DNA of 64,000 nucleotides, from NCBI RefSeq assembly GCF_051105105.1, contig NZ_CP185339.1; one strand, given 5' to 3'. Of this stretch, positions 11,200-22,194 are shown piece after piece. The stretch's first letter is position 1, and every line of letters begins with the position of its first letter. Source of the stretch: Nannocystis pusilla (GTDB lineage Bacteria > Myxococcota_A > Polyangia > Nannocystales > Nannocystaceae). Under the pieces are notes generated by a model. The model made no database searches, had not been told where the DNA came from, and was given only the letters and a program-made list of their open reading frames with translations. A program made the translations under genes and the position numbers.

Positions 11200-12753
11200 T
11201 CACGGACACAGCTTCATCAGCACCATGTCGTAACCGTCGATCTCCTCGAGCGCGTGACCGTCGATCGTCAGCGAGTCGCGGAAGGCCCCCACGACGTACA
11301 CTGCCCCGTCGACGTCGATCCCGACCTCGGAGGCGTCGCCCCACTGCGCCGTCCCCAGCGCCCGCGCCCACAGCGGCGACCCGTCGGCGTCGAGCTTGGC
11401 CACGTAGCCGTCGACCCCGAGATTTCCGGCCAGGGAGACGTCGCCGCCGAAATCGATCGCGGTCTCGAAGTCGCCCGCGATCGCCGTCCTGCCGGCGGGG
11501 TCGCTGGCGATGTCGAAGAGGCGCTGCGCCGGGTCCTCGCCCGCGCCGAAGGCCCGGTGCCACAGCGGCGCGCCCCCGCCGTCCAGCGCGACCACGAACC
11601 CGTCTTGCCTCCCGGTGCTCGTCAGCGTTGAGCCGCCGAATTCCAGCTCACCCGAGAACGAGCCGCCGAGGTAGAGGCGGCCGTCGTGGTCGGTCACCAG
11701 CGCCGACGCGTACGGCGCGTGGGTGGTCGCCTGGCTCGCGGGCGACAGGACCTCCAGGAGCTGGCCGCCCGCCGTGAAGTGGCTGACGTACAGGCTCGTC
11801 TCCGCGACCGGGACCGGCGGGCCGCCGCCGAAGTTCGCCTCCTTCTCGAACCGGCCGGTCACCCACACCTCGCCCGCGACGTTGACCGCGACGCCGCTCG
11901 ACTCGAAGCTCCACGGGCCGCCGCTGCCCATCGCGTGGCTCCACACGTGCCCGCCGCCGGCGTCGAGCTTCACGACGAAGCTGTTGAGGCTGTCGGGCAG
12001 GCCGAGCGGCCCCCCGCCGAAATCGCTGCTGTCCTGGAGGTCGGCCGTCAGGACCGTCTCGCCGCCGGCGATCGCGATCTCGGTCACCAGCCCCGTGGTG
12101 AACTCGTCCGAGCTGGTGAAGTTCCGGCTCCACACGTGCTCGCCGTCGGGCGTCAAATTGGCGACGACCACATCCATGAAGCTGACGGACGTGAGCGGCC
12201 CGCCGCCCACATCGATCTCCCCGCTGAACCGCCCGCCGAGCGCGATCGTGCCGTCCTCGTCGACCGCCACCACGTCGATGCGCTGCTCGCCGGGCCCGCC
12301 GAAGTGGCGGCTCCACACATGGTTGCCCCCGGTGTCGAACTTGGCCACGAACGCGTCGGAGTGAGGGTCCGTGACGACGAAGGTCTCGCCGCCGAAGTCG
12401 GCCGTGCCGAAGAACGCGCCGACGAGGATCACGTTGCCCGCGCCGTCGACCGCCAGGCTCGTCGCGTTGTGGCCCGTGTCTGGATACGCGTCGAACTGGC
12501 GGATCCACCGCACCTGCCCCGGATCTCCGCAAATCGCCCCGGCCGAGTCGCTGTCGGTGCCGTCGTCGCCCGTCGTCGAGTCCCCCGAGTCCTCCTGCGT
12601 CGTCAACGTCGTCGGTGTGGCGCCCGTCGTCGACGCGTCGTCGGGGCCCGTCGAGGTGCTCGTCGCCTCCGTGGCCGAGCCCGGATCGTCGGGCGGGCCA
12701 CAGGCCACGAGGGTCGCGCTGGTCGTCCACAACGATAATTTGGCGATCGTCAT
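11200..12753 (-). CDS. secreted lipoprotein with SBBP-type beta-propeller repeats
   Basis: Start at internal Met (MTIAKLSLWTTSATLVACG, lipobox). Ser/Thr/Asp-rich linker. At least 7 repeats of the form FGG..DFGGG....DAFVAKLD.GG..VWSR.FG. Confidence 0.6.
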   Translation of the reverse strand: MTIAKLSLWTTSATLVACGPPDDPGSATEATSTSTGPDDASTTGATPTTLTTQEDSGDSTTGDDGTDSDSAGAICGDPGQVRWIRQFDAYPDTGHNATSLAVDGAGNVILVGAFFGTADFGGETFVVTDPHSDAFVAKFDTGGNHVWSRHFGGPGEQRIDVVAVDEDGTIALGGRFSGEIDVGGGPLTSVSFMDVVVANLTPDGEHVWSRNFTSSDEFTTGLVTEIAIAGGETVLTADLQDSSDFGGGPLGLPDSLNSFVVKLDAGGGHVWSHAMGSGGPWSFESSGVAVNVAGEVWVTGRFEKEANFGGGPPVPVAETSLYVSHFTAGGQLLEVLSPASQATTHAPYASALVTDHDGRLYLGGSFSGELEFGGSTLTSTGRQDGFVVALDGGGAPLWHRAFGAGEDPAQRLFDIASDPAGRTAIAGDFETAIDFGGDVSLAGNLGVDGYVAKLDADGSPLWARALGTAQWGDASEVGIDVDGAVYVVGAFRDSLTIDGHALEEIDGYDMVLMKLCP

Positions 12754-13231
12754 CGCCCCGCAGTCTACACGGGCCCGTCTGCCGCGGACGGACGCGCCTC
12801 GGACCCTGGCGCGGCTCCTCGTCGTTCTGCCCGCGGATACTGGGTTTCTCGCCGGATCGCCCGCGAGCTCGCCACCGGTCACGACGAGGTAGCCGCTCGT
12901 GCCACCGCGCCCGGTCGCCAGCACCCATTTACCTGTCCTTCGCAACATGCCCCATGGAGCATAAGGCTCGCACCGGCCCGCTCGACCACGCGACCCATCG
13001 GCTCCCTGTCGCTCGAGCGACGCGCGGCACCCACCCGTGAATCAGCACGCGCGCGACGAAATGCCTCGACCGCCGCCGGGACCCCTGAAGCGGTGTGATG
13101 AATGGCGGATCGTCGAAACTGCCCGCGCATTGGCGAAAGCAGCCGCGCCGCGCGCATCACCGCTGCGGGTAACGCGTGCGGCCAGCGGAGCGGCCGCGGC
13201 GCATGTCACGGGCGACGCAAAAACGACGCGG

Positions 13232-13270
13232 CGCGCCTGCAGGTCACGGGACCTGCAGGCGCGCCGAATC
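13232..13270 (-). terminator. probable intrinsic terminator of csbD-like gene
   Basis: Perfect 16-bp inverted repeat ggcgcgcctgcaggtc-acggg-gacctgcaggcgcgcc. On the minus strand it is followed by a T-run (cgtcgTTTTTgcg), 34 bp downstream of the CsbD stop. Confidence 0.5.
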
Positions 13271-13303
13271 GCATCGCAGAGCGGCGCGGAGCGCCGACAA
13301 TCG

Positions 13304-13510
13304 TCACAGGTTGCTGTTGTTTTCGGCCTTGTAGCCGAGCTTGCGCTCGATCTCTTCGCGGCGCTCACCCGAGCGCTCCTGAATGATCCCGCACAGCTTG
13401 TCGGCGTTGCCTTCGGCCTTGAGGAAATCGTCGTCGGTCAGGTTCCCCCAGAACTGCTTCGCCTTGCCCTTGAGCTGCTCCCACTTCCCCTGAATTTGAT
13501 CGCGGTTCAT
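13304..13510 (-). CDS. csbD: CsbD-family general stress protein
   Basis: 68 aa: [48 protein letters not shown]...; canonical CsbD pattern. Confidence 0.8.
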   Translation of the reverse strand: MNRDQIQGKWEQLKGKAKQFWGNLTDDDFLKAEGNADKLCGIIQERSGERREEIERKLGYKAENNSNL

Positions 13511-14012
13511 GGTCGGTTTCTCCGCTCACCAGTTTGATCGTGGTTGCACCGCGCGCTCGCCCGACTAGCGCCACGAAACGGCGCCAGGCGCTCGGCGAAG
13601 GGCCTTGTCGGCCGTCGATTTCGGCGGCGCGTTCGCCATTCCCACCGTTCGCGCGCATGACGCAGGCCGATCGTACGAATCGGACCGCAGCGGGCTCGGC
13701 CGTCAGAACCTCTTCCTCCTCGGCCTCCGGGGCCGTTCTGTCGGGGACGCGGGCGTGCTGACGGGGGTATCGCCGGGCCCGCAGGGGAGACACCGATCGT
13801 CGCAGCGCCTTTCATGCGCGTCATGCGAAAGATCACCCGTCCTGCCGCGCTCGGCCCCCCTGCGCGCCCCACCACGAATCACCATTCGTGCGAATCATGG
13901 ACCCTCACGGGCTGCCGCGGCCGGGCCGGCCACGCGCTCGTCGGGGGTTCGCCGCGCCGCGGCCATCGGCCGGCGGGGCGCCTCGGGCACCGCGGACACC
14001 AAGGAGCATCGG

Positions 14013-17000
14013 GTGAACCTCACCAGGGACGAGCAGCGCACGTCGCTCACCAAGCGGCTCACCGTCGCGATCGCCACGCCGATCGCGCTCCTGTTGCTGC
14101 TCGGCGTCGTCCTCGGCCGGCAGATCCTCCTGATGGCGGACGACGCCGCCTGGGTCAACCACAGCAACGAGGTCATCTCGCAGGCCAACGCGACGATGCT
14201 CGAGATCGTCGATCAGGAGACCGCGCTGCGCGGCTATCTGCTGTCCGGCGATCGCCAGTACCTGGGGCCCTTCGAGCGGGCGCACCCGGACGGCAAGTTC
14301 GAGCGCCTGCACGAGCTCGTCGCCGACAGCCCCTCGCAGCAGGCTCAGTTCGATCAGGCCCACCAGCACTACCGCGAGTGGTACGCCACCTGCGAGGCCG
14401 CGCTGAGCGGTCACGACCTCGACCAGGCGCGCAGCCCCGCCGCCATGCTCGCGCGCAAGGCCCGGATGGACGCCATCCGCGAGGCCATGGCCGTGGCCAC
14501 CGACATCGAGAAGGACCTGCTGCGCGCCCGCGCCGTCGCCTCGGAGCGCTCCACCGCGATCGCGCGGACCGCCTTCGTCGCGCTGCTCGCCGGCGTCGCC
14601 CTCCTGCTCGCGTTCCTCTCTCGCCGCCAGCTCGCCTCGATCGCCAGCATCTTCGGCACCGCCCTCGACGCCGAGCAGCAGGCCCGCGCCGCGCTCGAGG
14701 CCGAGGCGTGGATCCGCGAGGGTCACACGCGCGTCGCCGAGGTCGTGCAGGGCGAGAAGAGCACCGTGCAGGTCGGCCACGACTGCCTGGCCGCGCTCGC
14801 CGCCCACGCCGGCGCCGACGTCGGCGCCTTCTTCGTGCGTGACGGCGGCGACTGGGTGCGCCGCGTCGGCCTCGCGCTCGACTCGCGGGTCGCCGGGCCG
14901 GAGACGTTCGCCGCCGGCGAGGGCGTCGTCGGCCGCGCCGCTGCCGGCGGCCAGGTCGTCGAGCTGCGCGACGCCGACGAGCTGCCCCTGCGCACCGGCA
15001 CCAGCGAGCGCTTCCCCGCCCACGTGCTCGTCCTGCCCGCGCGCGTCGACGGCGTCACCATCGCCGTGCTCGAGCTCGGCTTCCTCCGCCCGGCCGAGCC
15101 GCGCGTGCGCGCCTTGCTCGAGCGGATCGGCGAGACCGTCGCGCTCGCGGTCCGCAGCTCGGAGCAGAAGGAGCGGCTCGCCGCCCTGCTCGAGGAGACC
15201 CAGCGTCAGGCCGAGGAGCTGCAGACCCAGCAAGAAGAGCTGCGGGTCCAGAACGAGGAGCTCGAGCAGCAGACCCGCGCGCTCGAGGAGTCGCGGGCGC
15301 GCCTCGGCAATCAGCAGGCCGAGCTCGAGCAGATCAACGCCCACCTCGAGGAGCAGACGCAGGCGCTGCAGGCCGAGCGCGACACCCTCACGCAGGCGCA
15401 GATCCAGCTCAAGAGGACCTCGGCCTTCAAGTCCGAGTTCCTCGCCAACATGTCGCACGAGCTGCGCACCCCGCTCAACAGCTCGCTGATCCTCGCGCGC
15501 CTGCTGGCCGACAACCGCCAGGGCAACCTCGACGCCGAGCAGGTCAAGTTCGCCGAGACCATTTACTCGGCCGGCAACGACCTCCTCACCCTCATCAACG
15601 ACATCCTCGACCTGTCGAAGATCGAGGCCGGCATGCTCGAACGTCCGGCCCGAGACCATCTCGCTGGCGCGGGTCACCGACCAGATGATGTCGACCTTCC
15701 GCCCGGTCGCCCGCGACCGGCGGCTCGCCCTCGACCTCAACGTCCAGCGCAACGTCCCGGGCGCGCTGCAGACCGATCCGACGCGGCTGTCGCAGATCCT
15801 GCGCAATCTATTGTCGAACGCGCTCAAGTTCACCGAGAAGGGCGGCGTCAAGCTCACGGTGCGCGCCGCCGGGGCCGGTGTGGTCGCCTTCAACGTCACC
15901 GACACCGGCATCGGCATCCCGCCCGATCAGCAGGAGCTGATCTTCGAGGCGTTCCGCCAGGCCGACGGCACGACCAACCGCAAGTACGGCGGCACCGGCC
16001 TCGGTCTCTCGATCTCACGCGACCTGGCGCGCCTGCTCGGCGGCGAGCTCACCGTCGCCAGCGTCGTCGGCCGCGGCAGCACCTTCACCCTCACGATCCC
16101 CGCGCAGCTCGTCGCGCACGGTTCGGCCCCGGCGCCGACCCTCGCGCCTTTGCCACCTCCGGCGCCGATCCCTCCCTTGCGTCGCCTCCCCGCGCCGCCG
16201 CCCCCGCCCCAGCCGCCGACCGCCGCGCGCTCGATCCTCCTCGTCGAGGACGACCCCACGTTCGCCGGCATCCTCGCCGGCCTCGCCCGCGAGCTCGACT
16301 TCCACCCCCTCCTCGCCGACACCGCCGAGGAGGGCCTGGCGCTCGCGCGTCAGCAGCGGCCGAGCGCCATCGTCCTCGAACGTCTCCCTCCCCGATCGCT
16401 CCGGCCTCAGCGTCCTCGACGCGCTCAAGCACGACCCCGCGACCCGGCACATCCCGGTCCACGTCATCTCCGCCAGCGACCACACGCGCACCGCGCTCGA
16501 GATGGGCGCGGTCGCCTACGCGATAAAGCCCGTCGTCCGCGATCAGCTGGTCGCGGCCCTGCGGCGGCTCGAGTCGAAGGCCACGCAGTCGCTGCGGCGC
16601 GTCCTCGTCGTCGAGGACAACGTCGTCCACCGCGAGAGCACCTGCAAGCTGCTCGCGGCCGACGACGTCGAGACCGTGCCGGTCGGCACCGCCGCCGACG
16701 CGCTCCGCGCGTTGCGCACCACGACCTTCGACTGCATGGTCCTCGACCTCAGCCTGCCCGACAGGTCCGGCTTCGAGCTGCTGCGGGAGATGGCCCAGGG
16801 CGAGCAGTACGGCTTCCCGCCCGTCATCGTCTACACCGGCCGGGCGATCAGCCGCGCCGAGGAGCAGGAGCTCGGGCGCTTCTCGCAGTCCATCATCATC
16901 AAGGGCGCCCGCTCGCCGGAGCGGCTGCTCGACGAGGTCACCCTGTTCCTCCACCAGGTCGAGACCAGCCTCCCGCCCGAGCGGCAGCGCATGCTGCGGG

Positions 17001-17399
17001 ACGCTCGCCACCGCGACGCCGTGTTCGAGGGTCGGCGCGTGCTCGTCGTCGAGGACAACGTCCGCAACGTGTTCGCCTTGACCAGCGTGCTCGAGCCGCG
17101 CGGGGCCAAGGTGGAGATCGCGCGCAACGGCAAGGAGGCGCTGCAGCACCTGAAACTCAAGCCGGGCGTCGACCTGATCCTGATGGACCTCATGATGCCG
17201 GAGATGGACGGCCTCACCGCCACGCGGGCGATCCGCGCCGACCCGGCGACCGCCAAGATCCCGATCATCGCCCTCACCGCCAAGGCCATGGCCGACGATC
17301 GCGCCAGCTGCCTCGCCGCCGGCGCCAACGACTACATCGCCAAGCCGCTCGAACGTCGACAAGCTGCTGTCGCTGGCGCGGGTGTGGATGCCCAAATGA
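14013..17399 (+). CDS. hybrid sensor histidine kinase: TM-CHASE3-TM-GAF-coiled coil(EEL heptads)-HisKA-HATPase-REC-REC-REC; three +1 frameshifts (about 15640, 16380, 17350)
   Basis: GTG start with AAGGAG RBS. CHASE3 signature ([40 protein letters not shown]). GAF domain. H-box [15 protein letters not shown], then (next frame) N/G1/G2 boxes [31 protein letters not shown]. Three receiver domains with DxxxP...D...K patterns continue in successive frames. Each frame change sits at ctcgaACGTC. Confidence 0.75.
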
Positions 17400-18211
17400 C
17401 GACCGCGCCCGACCCCGAGCTGACCGCGCTGCTCGACGCGGTCTACCACCGCTATCACTACGACTTCCGCGGCTACGCCGAGGCCTCGCTGCGCCGGCGG
17501 ATCGGCGCCGCCCTGACCCACCTCCGCTGCCCCACGGTGAACGACCTGCGCGAGCGCGTGCTCGCCGAGCCGCGCGGCTTCAGCGAGCTGCTCCGCTTCC
17601 TCACCGTCCAGGTCAGCGACCTGTTCCGCGACCCCTCGTATTATCGGGCGATCCGCGAGCGCGTCGTGCCGTACCTGCGCACTTATCCCTCGCTCAAGGT
17701 GTGGGTCGCCGGCTGCGCCACCGGCGAGGAGGCCTACTCGCTCGCCATCGTGTTCGCCGAGGAGGGCCTGCTCGACCGCACCCTCATCTACGCCACCGAC
17801 ATCCACCCCGAGAGCCTGCGCGCCGCCGAGGCCGGCGTCTACGACCTCGACCGCTTCGCCCGCTTCTCCGACAGCTACCGGCAGGCCGGCGGGCGCGGCT
17901 CGCTGTCCGACTTCTACACCGCGCAGTACTCGTCGGCGATCCTCGATCGTCGGCTCAAGCAGGCGATCCTGTTCTCCGACCACAGCCTCGCCACCAACGT
18001 CGCCTTCGCCGAGGTCGAGCTGGTGTCGTGCCGCAACGTCCTGATCTACTTCGACCGCCCGCTGCAGGACCGGGCGATCGGCATCTTGCGCGACTCGGTG
18101 CGGCGCAAGGGGTTCCTCGGCCTGGGCGCCAAGGAGACCCTGCGGTTCTCGTCGCACGCCGAGGCGTTCACCGAGCTCGTCCCCGAGGACCGGATCTATC
18201 AACGGCGGTAG
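17396..18211 (+). CDS. cheR: chemotaxis-type protein-glutamate O-methyltransferase CheR
   Basis: CheR N-terminal and SAM-MTase signatures (VWVAGCATGEEAYSLAIV, LVSCRNVLIYFD). Start ATG overlaps the kinase stop (ATGA). Confidence 0.85.
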   Translation: MTTAPDPELTALLDAVYHRYHYDFRGYAEASLRRRIGAALTHLRCPTVNDLRERVLAEPRGFSELLRFLTVQVSDLFRDPSYYRAIRERVVPYLRTYPSLKVWVAGCATGEEAYSLAIVFAEEGLLDRTLIYATDIHPESLRAAEAGVYDLDRFARFSDSYRQAGGRGSLSDFYTAQYSSAILDRRLKQAILFSDHSLATNVAFAEVELVSCRNVLIYFDRPLQDRAIGILRDSVRRKGFLGLGAKETLRFSSHAEAFTELVPEDRIYQRR

Positions 18212-18214
18212 GCC

Positions 18215-18811
18215 ATGGCGACGCGCGACATTCACATGATCGTGATCGGCGGCTCGTCGGGGGCGCTCGACGCTCTCGCCGCCCTGCTGCCGGCGCTGCC
18301 GCCGGGCTATCCGCTGCCGCTGGCCGTGGTCCTGCACCTGCCGCCGACCCAGCCCAGCCACCTCGTCGAGGTCCTGCGGACGAAGGACTCGCTGCCGACG
18401 CGGGAGCCCGACGACAAGGAGCCGATCGTGCCCGGCACGGTCTACGTGGCCCCGCCGAACTACCACCTGCTCGTCGAGCGCGGGCGCAGCTTCGCCCTCT
18501 CGGTCGACGGCCCCGTGCTGTTCTCGCGGCCCTCGATCGACGTGCTGTTCGAGTCGGCCGCCGACGCCTTCGGCCCGCACCTCGCCGGCGTCCTGCTCAG
18601 CGGCGCCAACGAGGACGGCGCCCGCGGCCTCTCGCGCATCGCCGAGGCCGGCGGCCTCACCGTCGTCGAGTCGCCGGCCACCGCCGCGGTCCCGATCATG
18701 CCGGCGGCCGCGCTGCAGCGGGTCGCCATCGACCACGCCGCGCCGGCGGCCGCCATCGGCACCTTGCTCGCGCGGCTCGCCGCGCCCACGCGCTCCGGGG
18801 AGGCGACATGA
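18215..18811 (+). CDS. cheB: protein-glutamate methylesterase CheB catalytic domain (no receiver domain)
   Basis: IVIGGSSGALDAL, PGTVYVAPPNYHLLV, VLLSGANEDGARGL: the CheB methylesterase Ser-His-Asp fold. Only 198 aa, so it lacks the usual N-terminal REC. Confidence 0.8.
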   Translation: MATRDIHMIVIGGSSGALDALAALLPALPPGYPLPLAVVLHLPPTQPSHLVEVLRTKDSLPTREPDDKEPIVPGTVYVAPPNYHLLVERGRSFALSVDGPVLFSRPSIDVLFESAADAFGPHLAGVLLSGANEDGARGLSRIAEAGGLTVVESPATAAVPIMPAAALQRVAIDHAAPAAAIGTLLARLAAPTRSGEAT

Positions 18812-20281
18812 ACCTCGAACCGATCAACTTCCTCCTCGTCGACGACACCGAGCAGAACCTCATCGCCCTCGAGGCGCTCCTGCGGCGCGACGGCCTCAAC
18901 ATCCTCACCGCGCGCAGCGGCTTCGAGGCGCTCGAGCTGCTGCTCGTCCACAACGTCGCCCTGGCGTTCCTCGACGTGCAGATGCCGGGGATGGACGGCT
19001 TCGAGCTGGCCGAATTGATGCGGGGCACCGAGCGCACCAAGAACGTCCCGATCATCTTCATCACCGCCGGCGCGCGCGACAGCGAGCGGGTGTTCCAGGG
19101 CTACGAGTCGGGCGCGGTCGACTTCCTGCACAAGCCGATCGACCCGCGGGTGCTGCGGAGCAAGGCCGACGTGTTCTTCGAGCTGTCGCGGCAGCGCCGC
19201 GACTGCACCCACGCCCTGCGCCTCAACGAGATGTTCGTCGGGATCCTCGGCCACGACCTGCGCACCCCGCTGTCGGCGATCCAGACCGGCACCGAGATCC
19301 TCGAGCAGCTGGTGGAGGACGACGACCAGCGCGGCATCTTGCGGCGCATGTTCGTCTCGAGCCACCGCATGAACGAGATGATCGAGCAGCTGCTCGACCT
19401 GACGCGGGCGCGGCTGGCCGGCGGCCTCGGCTTCGCCCGCGCGCGCGGTCGCGTCAACGTCGTCGAGCTGGTGCAGCGCGCCGTCGACGAGCTGCGCACC
19501 ACCCATTCGCAGCGCGAGGTCCGGGTCGAGACCCTCGGCGACACCGTCACCGCCGGCGATCCCGACCGCCTGGTCCAGGCGCTGTCGAACCTGATCGGCA
19601 ACGCGATCCAGCACGGCCTGCCCGACGGCCCGATCGGGATCCGCGTGTACGAGGACGGGCACCAGATCGCGGTCGAGATCCGCAACCGCGGCGTCATCCC
19701 GGCCGAGGCTCGTGCCGGTGCTGTTCGACCCGTTCCGCGGCCGCGACCACTCGCCGTCGCGCACCAACGCCCGCGGCCTCGGCCTCGGCCTCTACATCGC
19801 CCAGCAGATCGCCCAGGCCCACGGTGGCACCGTCTCGGTGATCTCGAGCGACGAGACCGACACGGTGTTCACGCTCCGCCTGCCGCGCGTCTCGCCCGAG
19901 CCCACGCTCGCCGATCGCCCGCCGCGCGGCCACACGGTGCTGATCGCCGACGACGACGAGGCGACCCGCGAGAGCCTGCGCGAGGCCTTCGCCGGCGAGG
20001 GCTACGCGACCATGACCGCGGCCAACGGGCGCGACGCGCTCGACCAGTTGCTGCACGCGCGGGTCAAGCCCGACCTCGTGATCCTCGACCTGGTGATGCC
20101 GCTGCTCGAGGGCGGGCAGGTCTATCAGGCCATGCAGGCCGTCCCCGAGCTGGCGCGGATCCCCGTGATCGTGTCGACCTCCGATCCGGCCCGCGCCCCC
20201 GCCGGCACGATCCTGATCCCCAAGCCGGTCAAGCTCGGCCGCCTGCTCGACACCGCCGGGCGCCTCGTCCGCTCGCGCTGA
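18808..20281 (+). CDS. hybrid histidine kinase REC-HisKA-HATPase-REC; +1 frameshift near 19705
   Basis: N-terminal receiver (FLLVDDTEQNLIALEALL...FLDVQMPGMDGFEL...GAVDFLHKP). H-box ILGHDLRTPLSAIQ. ATPase boxes LSNLIGNAIQHG and (next frame) GLGLGLYIAQQIAQAHGG. C-terminal receiver (VLIADDDEATRE...LDLVMP). Start overlaps CheB stop (ATGA). Confidence 0.75.
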
Positions 20282-20285
20282 CGCG

Positions 20286-20807
20286 CTACTTCTGCCCCGC
20301 CTCGACGAGCGAGCGGGCCGCCTCGGGGCCGAGCATGCCGAGCACGCGGAAGCGCCTCCCCTCGAGCTCGTTGTAGTGGACGAAGAACTGCTCGAGGTCG
20401 GCCAGCGCGCGCGGGCTGATGTCCTGCACCCGCCGCAGCTGCTCGTACGTGCGGGACGCCGCGCTGACCGCGAGGAAGCGGTCGTTGCGGACCGGCTCCT
20501 CGCCGGCGACCGATTGCTCGGCGGTCATCACCCCGAGCAAGCGGGCCCGCACCAGGCAGCCGGCGAACGTCGGTTCGTCGGTGAGGACGAGCGCGTCGAG
20601 CGGGTCGCCGTCGCCGCCCTTGGTGCCGGGGATGAACCCGAACTCGAGCGGGAACGCCATCCCGGCCGGCAGCACCTTGTGCAGGGTGAAGGTCTCGAGC
20701 GCCGGGTCCCACTTGAACTTGCTGCGACTGCCGGCCGGCGACTCGATCACTGCGTGGACATCGCCCTCGACGAACGCCGGGATCCTTGCGAATTTGTCGC
20801 GCGACAT
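20286..20807 (-). CDS. ppa: inorganic pyrophosphatase
   Basis: MSRDKFARIPAFVEGDVHAVIESPAGSRSKFKWDP...GDGDPLDALVLTD...: family I PPase signature. Confidence 0.85.
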   Translation of the reverse strand: MSRDKFARIPAFVEGDVHAVIESPAGSRSKFKWDPALETFTLHKVLPAGMAFPLEFGFIPGTKGGDGDPLDALVLTDEPTFAGCLVRARLLGVMTAEQSVAGEEPVRNDRFLAVSAASRTYEQLRRVQDISPRALADLEQFFVHYNELEGRRFRVLGMLGPEAARSLVEAGQK

Positions 20808-20942
20808 GCTCGCCTCATAGCACTCGCTCGCAAGCGGTCGAATCGCCGGACTCATCTTTGAAGGCCCGGACGAGCGATCGGGCGGTCGAGCCCGCCCTGG
20901 GATAATTCCCGGGGCTCCTACCGTCCAGGCCGCGCTCGAGTC

Positions 20943-22124
20943 ATGCACTGCCTCATGAAAGCACTGCGCTACCACGGGGCCCGCGACGTGCGGGTCGAGA
21001 CCGTCCCCGATCCGCAGCTCGTCGACGCCAAGGACATGATCGTCAAGGTCACCGCTTGCGCGATCTGCGGGTCCGACCTCCACCTCTACGACGGCCTTAT
21101 CCCGACGCTGCAGAAGGGCGACGTCCTCGGCCACGAGTTCATGGGCGAAGTGCTCGAGGTCGGCCGCGAGGTGCATGGCGTGCAGAAGGGCGACCGCGTG
21201 GTCGTCCCGTTCAACATCAGCTGCGGCGACTGCTTCTTCTGCAAGCGCCAGCTGTGGTCGCTGTGCGATCGCAGCAACCCCAACGCCGCCCTGGCGACCA
21301 AGCAATTCGGCGCCGCGCCGGCCGGGCTGTTCGGCTATTCGCACATGTTCGGCGGCTACCCGGGCGGGCAGGCCGAGTACGTGCGGGTGCCGTTCGCCGA
21401 CATCAACCACGTCAAGGTCGAGACCGACCTCAGCGACGAGCAGGCGCTGTTCATCGGCGACGTCTTCGCCACCGGCTTCATGGCGGTCGACGTGTGCGGC
21501 GTCCAGGAGGGCGACGTCGTCGCGGTGTGGGGCTGCGGGCCGGTCGGGCTGTTCGCGCTGAAGAGCGCCCTGATGCTGGGCGCCAGGCGGGTGATCGCCA
21601 TCGACCGCTTCCCCGAACGCCTCGAGCTGGCGCGGACGAAGTGCGAGGCCACCCCGGTCAACTACGAGAAGTCCGACGTCATCGAGGTCCTCAAGGAGCT
21701 GACCAGCGGGCGCGGGCCCGACATCTGCATCGACGCCGTCGGCATGGAGGCGCACGGCCACGGCCTCGAGTTCTGGTACGACCGGGTCAAGCAGGCCGTC
21801 GGGCTGCAGTCGGACCGCCCGACCGCGCTGCGCCAGGCGGTGATGGCCTGCCGCAAGGGCGGCACCGTCTCGGTCCCCGGCGTCTACGGCGGCCCCATCG
21901 ACCACTTCCCGTTCGGCGCCGCCTTCAACAAGGGGCTGACGATCAAGATGGGCCAGACGCACACCCACCGCTACGCCCCGGCCCTGCTGCAGCGGATCGC
22001 CGCCGGCGAGATCGACCCGTCCTTCATCGTCACCCACCGCCTCCACCTCGAGGAGGCGCCCAAGGGCTACGACATCTTTCAGAACAAGAAGGAAGGCTGC
22101 ATCAAGGTCGTGCTGCGGCCGTGA
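20943..22124 (+). CDS. Zn-dependent alcohol dehydrogenase (MDR superfamily, formaldehyde/threonine dehydrogenase-like)
   Basis: CAICGSDLH, GHEFMGEV, CGDCFFC (structural Zn), GCGPVGL Rossmann motif. Confidence 0.85.
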   Translation: MHCLMKALRYHGARDVRVETVPDPQLVDAKDMIVKVTACAICGSDLHLYDGLIPTLQKGDVLGHEFMGEVLEVGREVHGVQKGDRVVVPFNISCGDCFFCKRQLWSLCDRSNPNAALATKQFGAAPAGLFGYSHMFGGYPGGQAEYVRVPFADINHVKVETDLSDEQALFIGDVFATGFMAVDVCGVQEGDVVAVWGCGPVGLFALKSALMLGARRVIAIDRFPERLELARTKCEATPVNYEKSDVIEVLKELTSGRGPDICIDAVGMEAHGHGLEFWYDRVKQAVGLQSDRPTALRQAVMACRKGGTVSVPGVYGGPIDHFPFGAAFNKGLTIKMGQTHTHRYAPALLQRIAAGEIDPSFIVTHRLHLEEAPKGYDIFQNKKEGCIKVVLRP

Positions 22125-22158
22125 GCCAGGCGTGCCCTCTCGGGCACGTCGATCCGAC

Positions 22159-22192
22159 CATGTTTTAAGGGCATGTCCTCCGTGACATGTCC
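22159..22192. promoter_or_regulatory. CATGTTTTAA + CATGTCC-N7-CATGTCC motif (copy B)
   Basis: ccATGTTTTAAgggCATGTCCtccgtgaCATGTCCtttc, lying between convergent adh and kinase genes. Confidence 0.4.
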
Positions 22193-22194
22193 TT

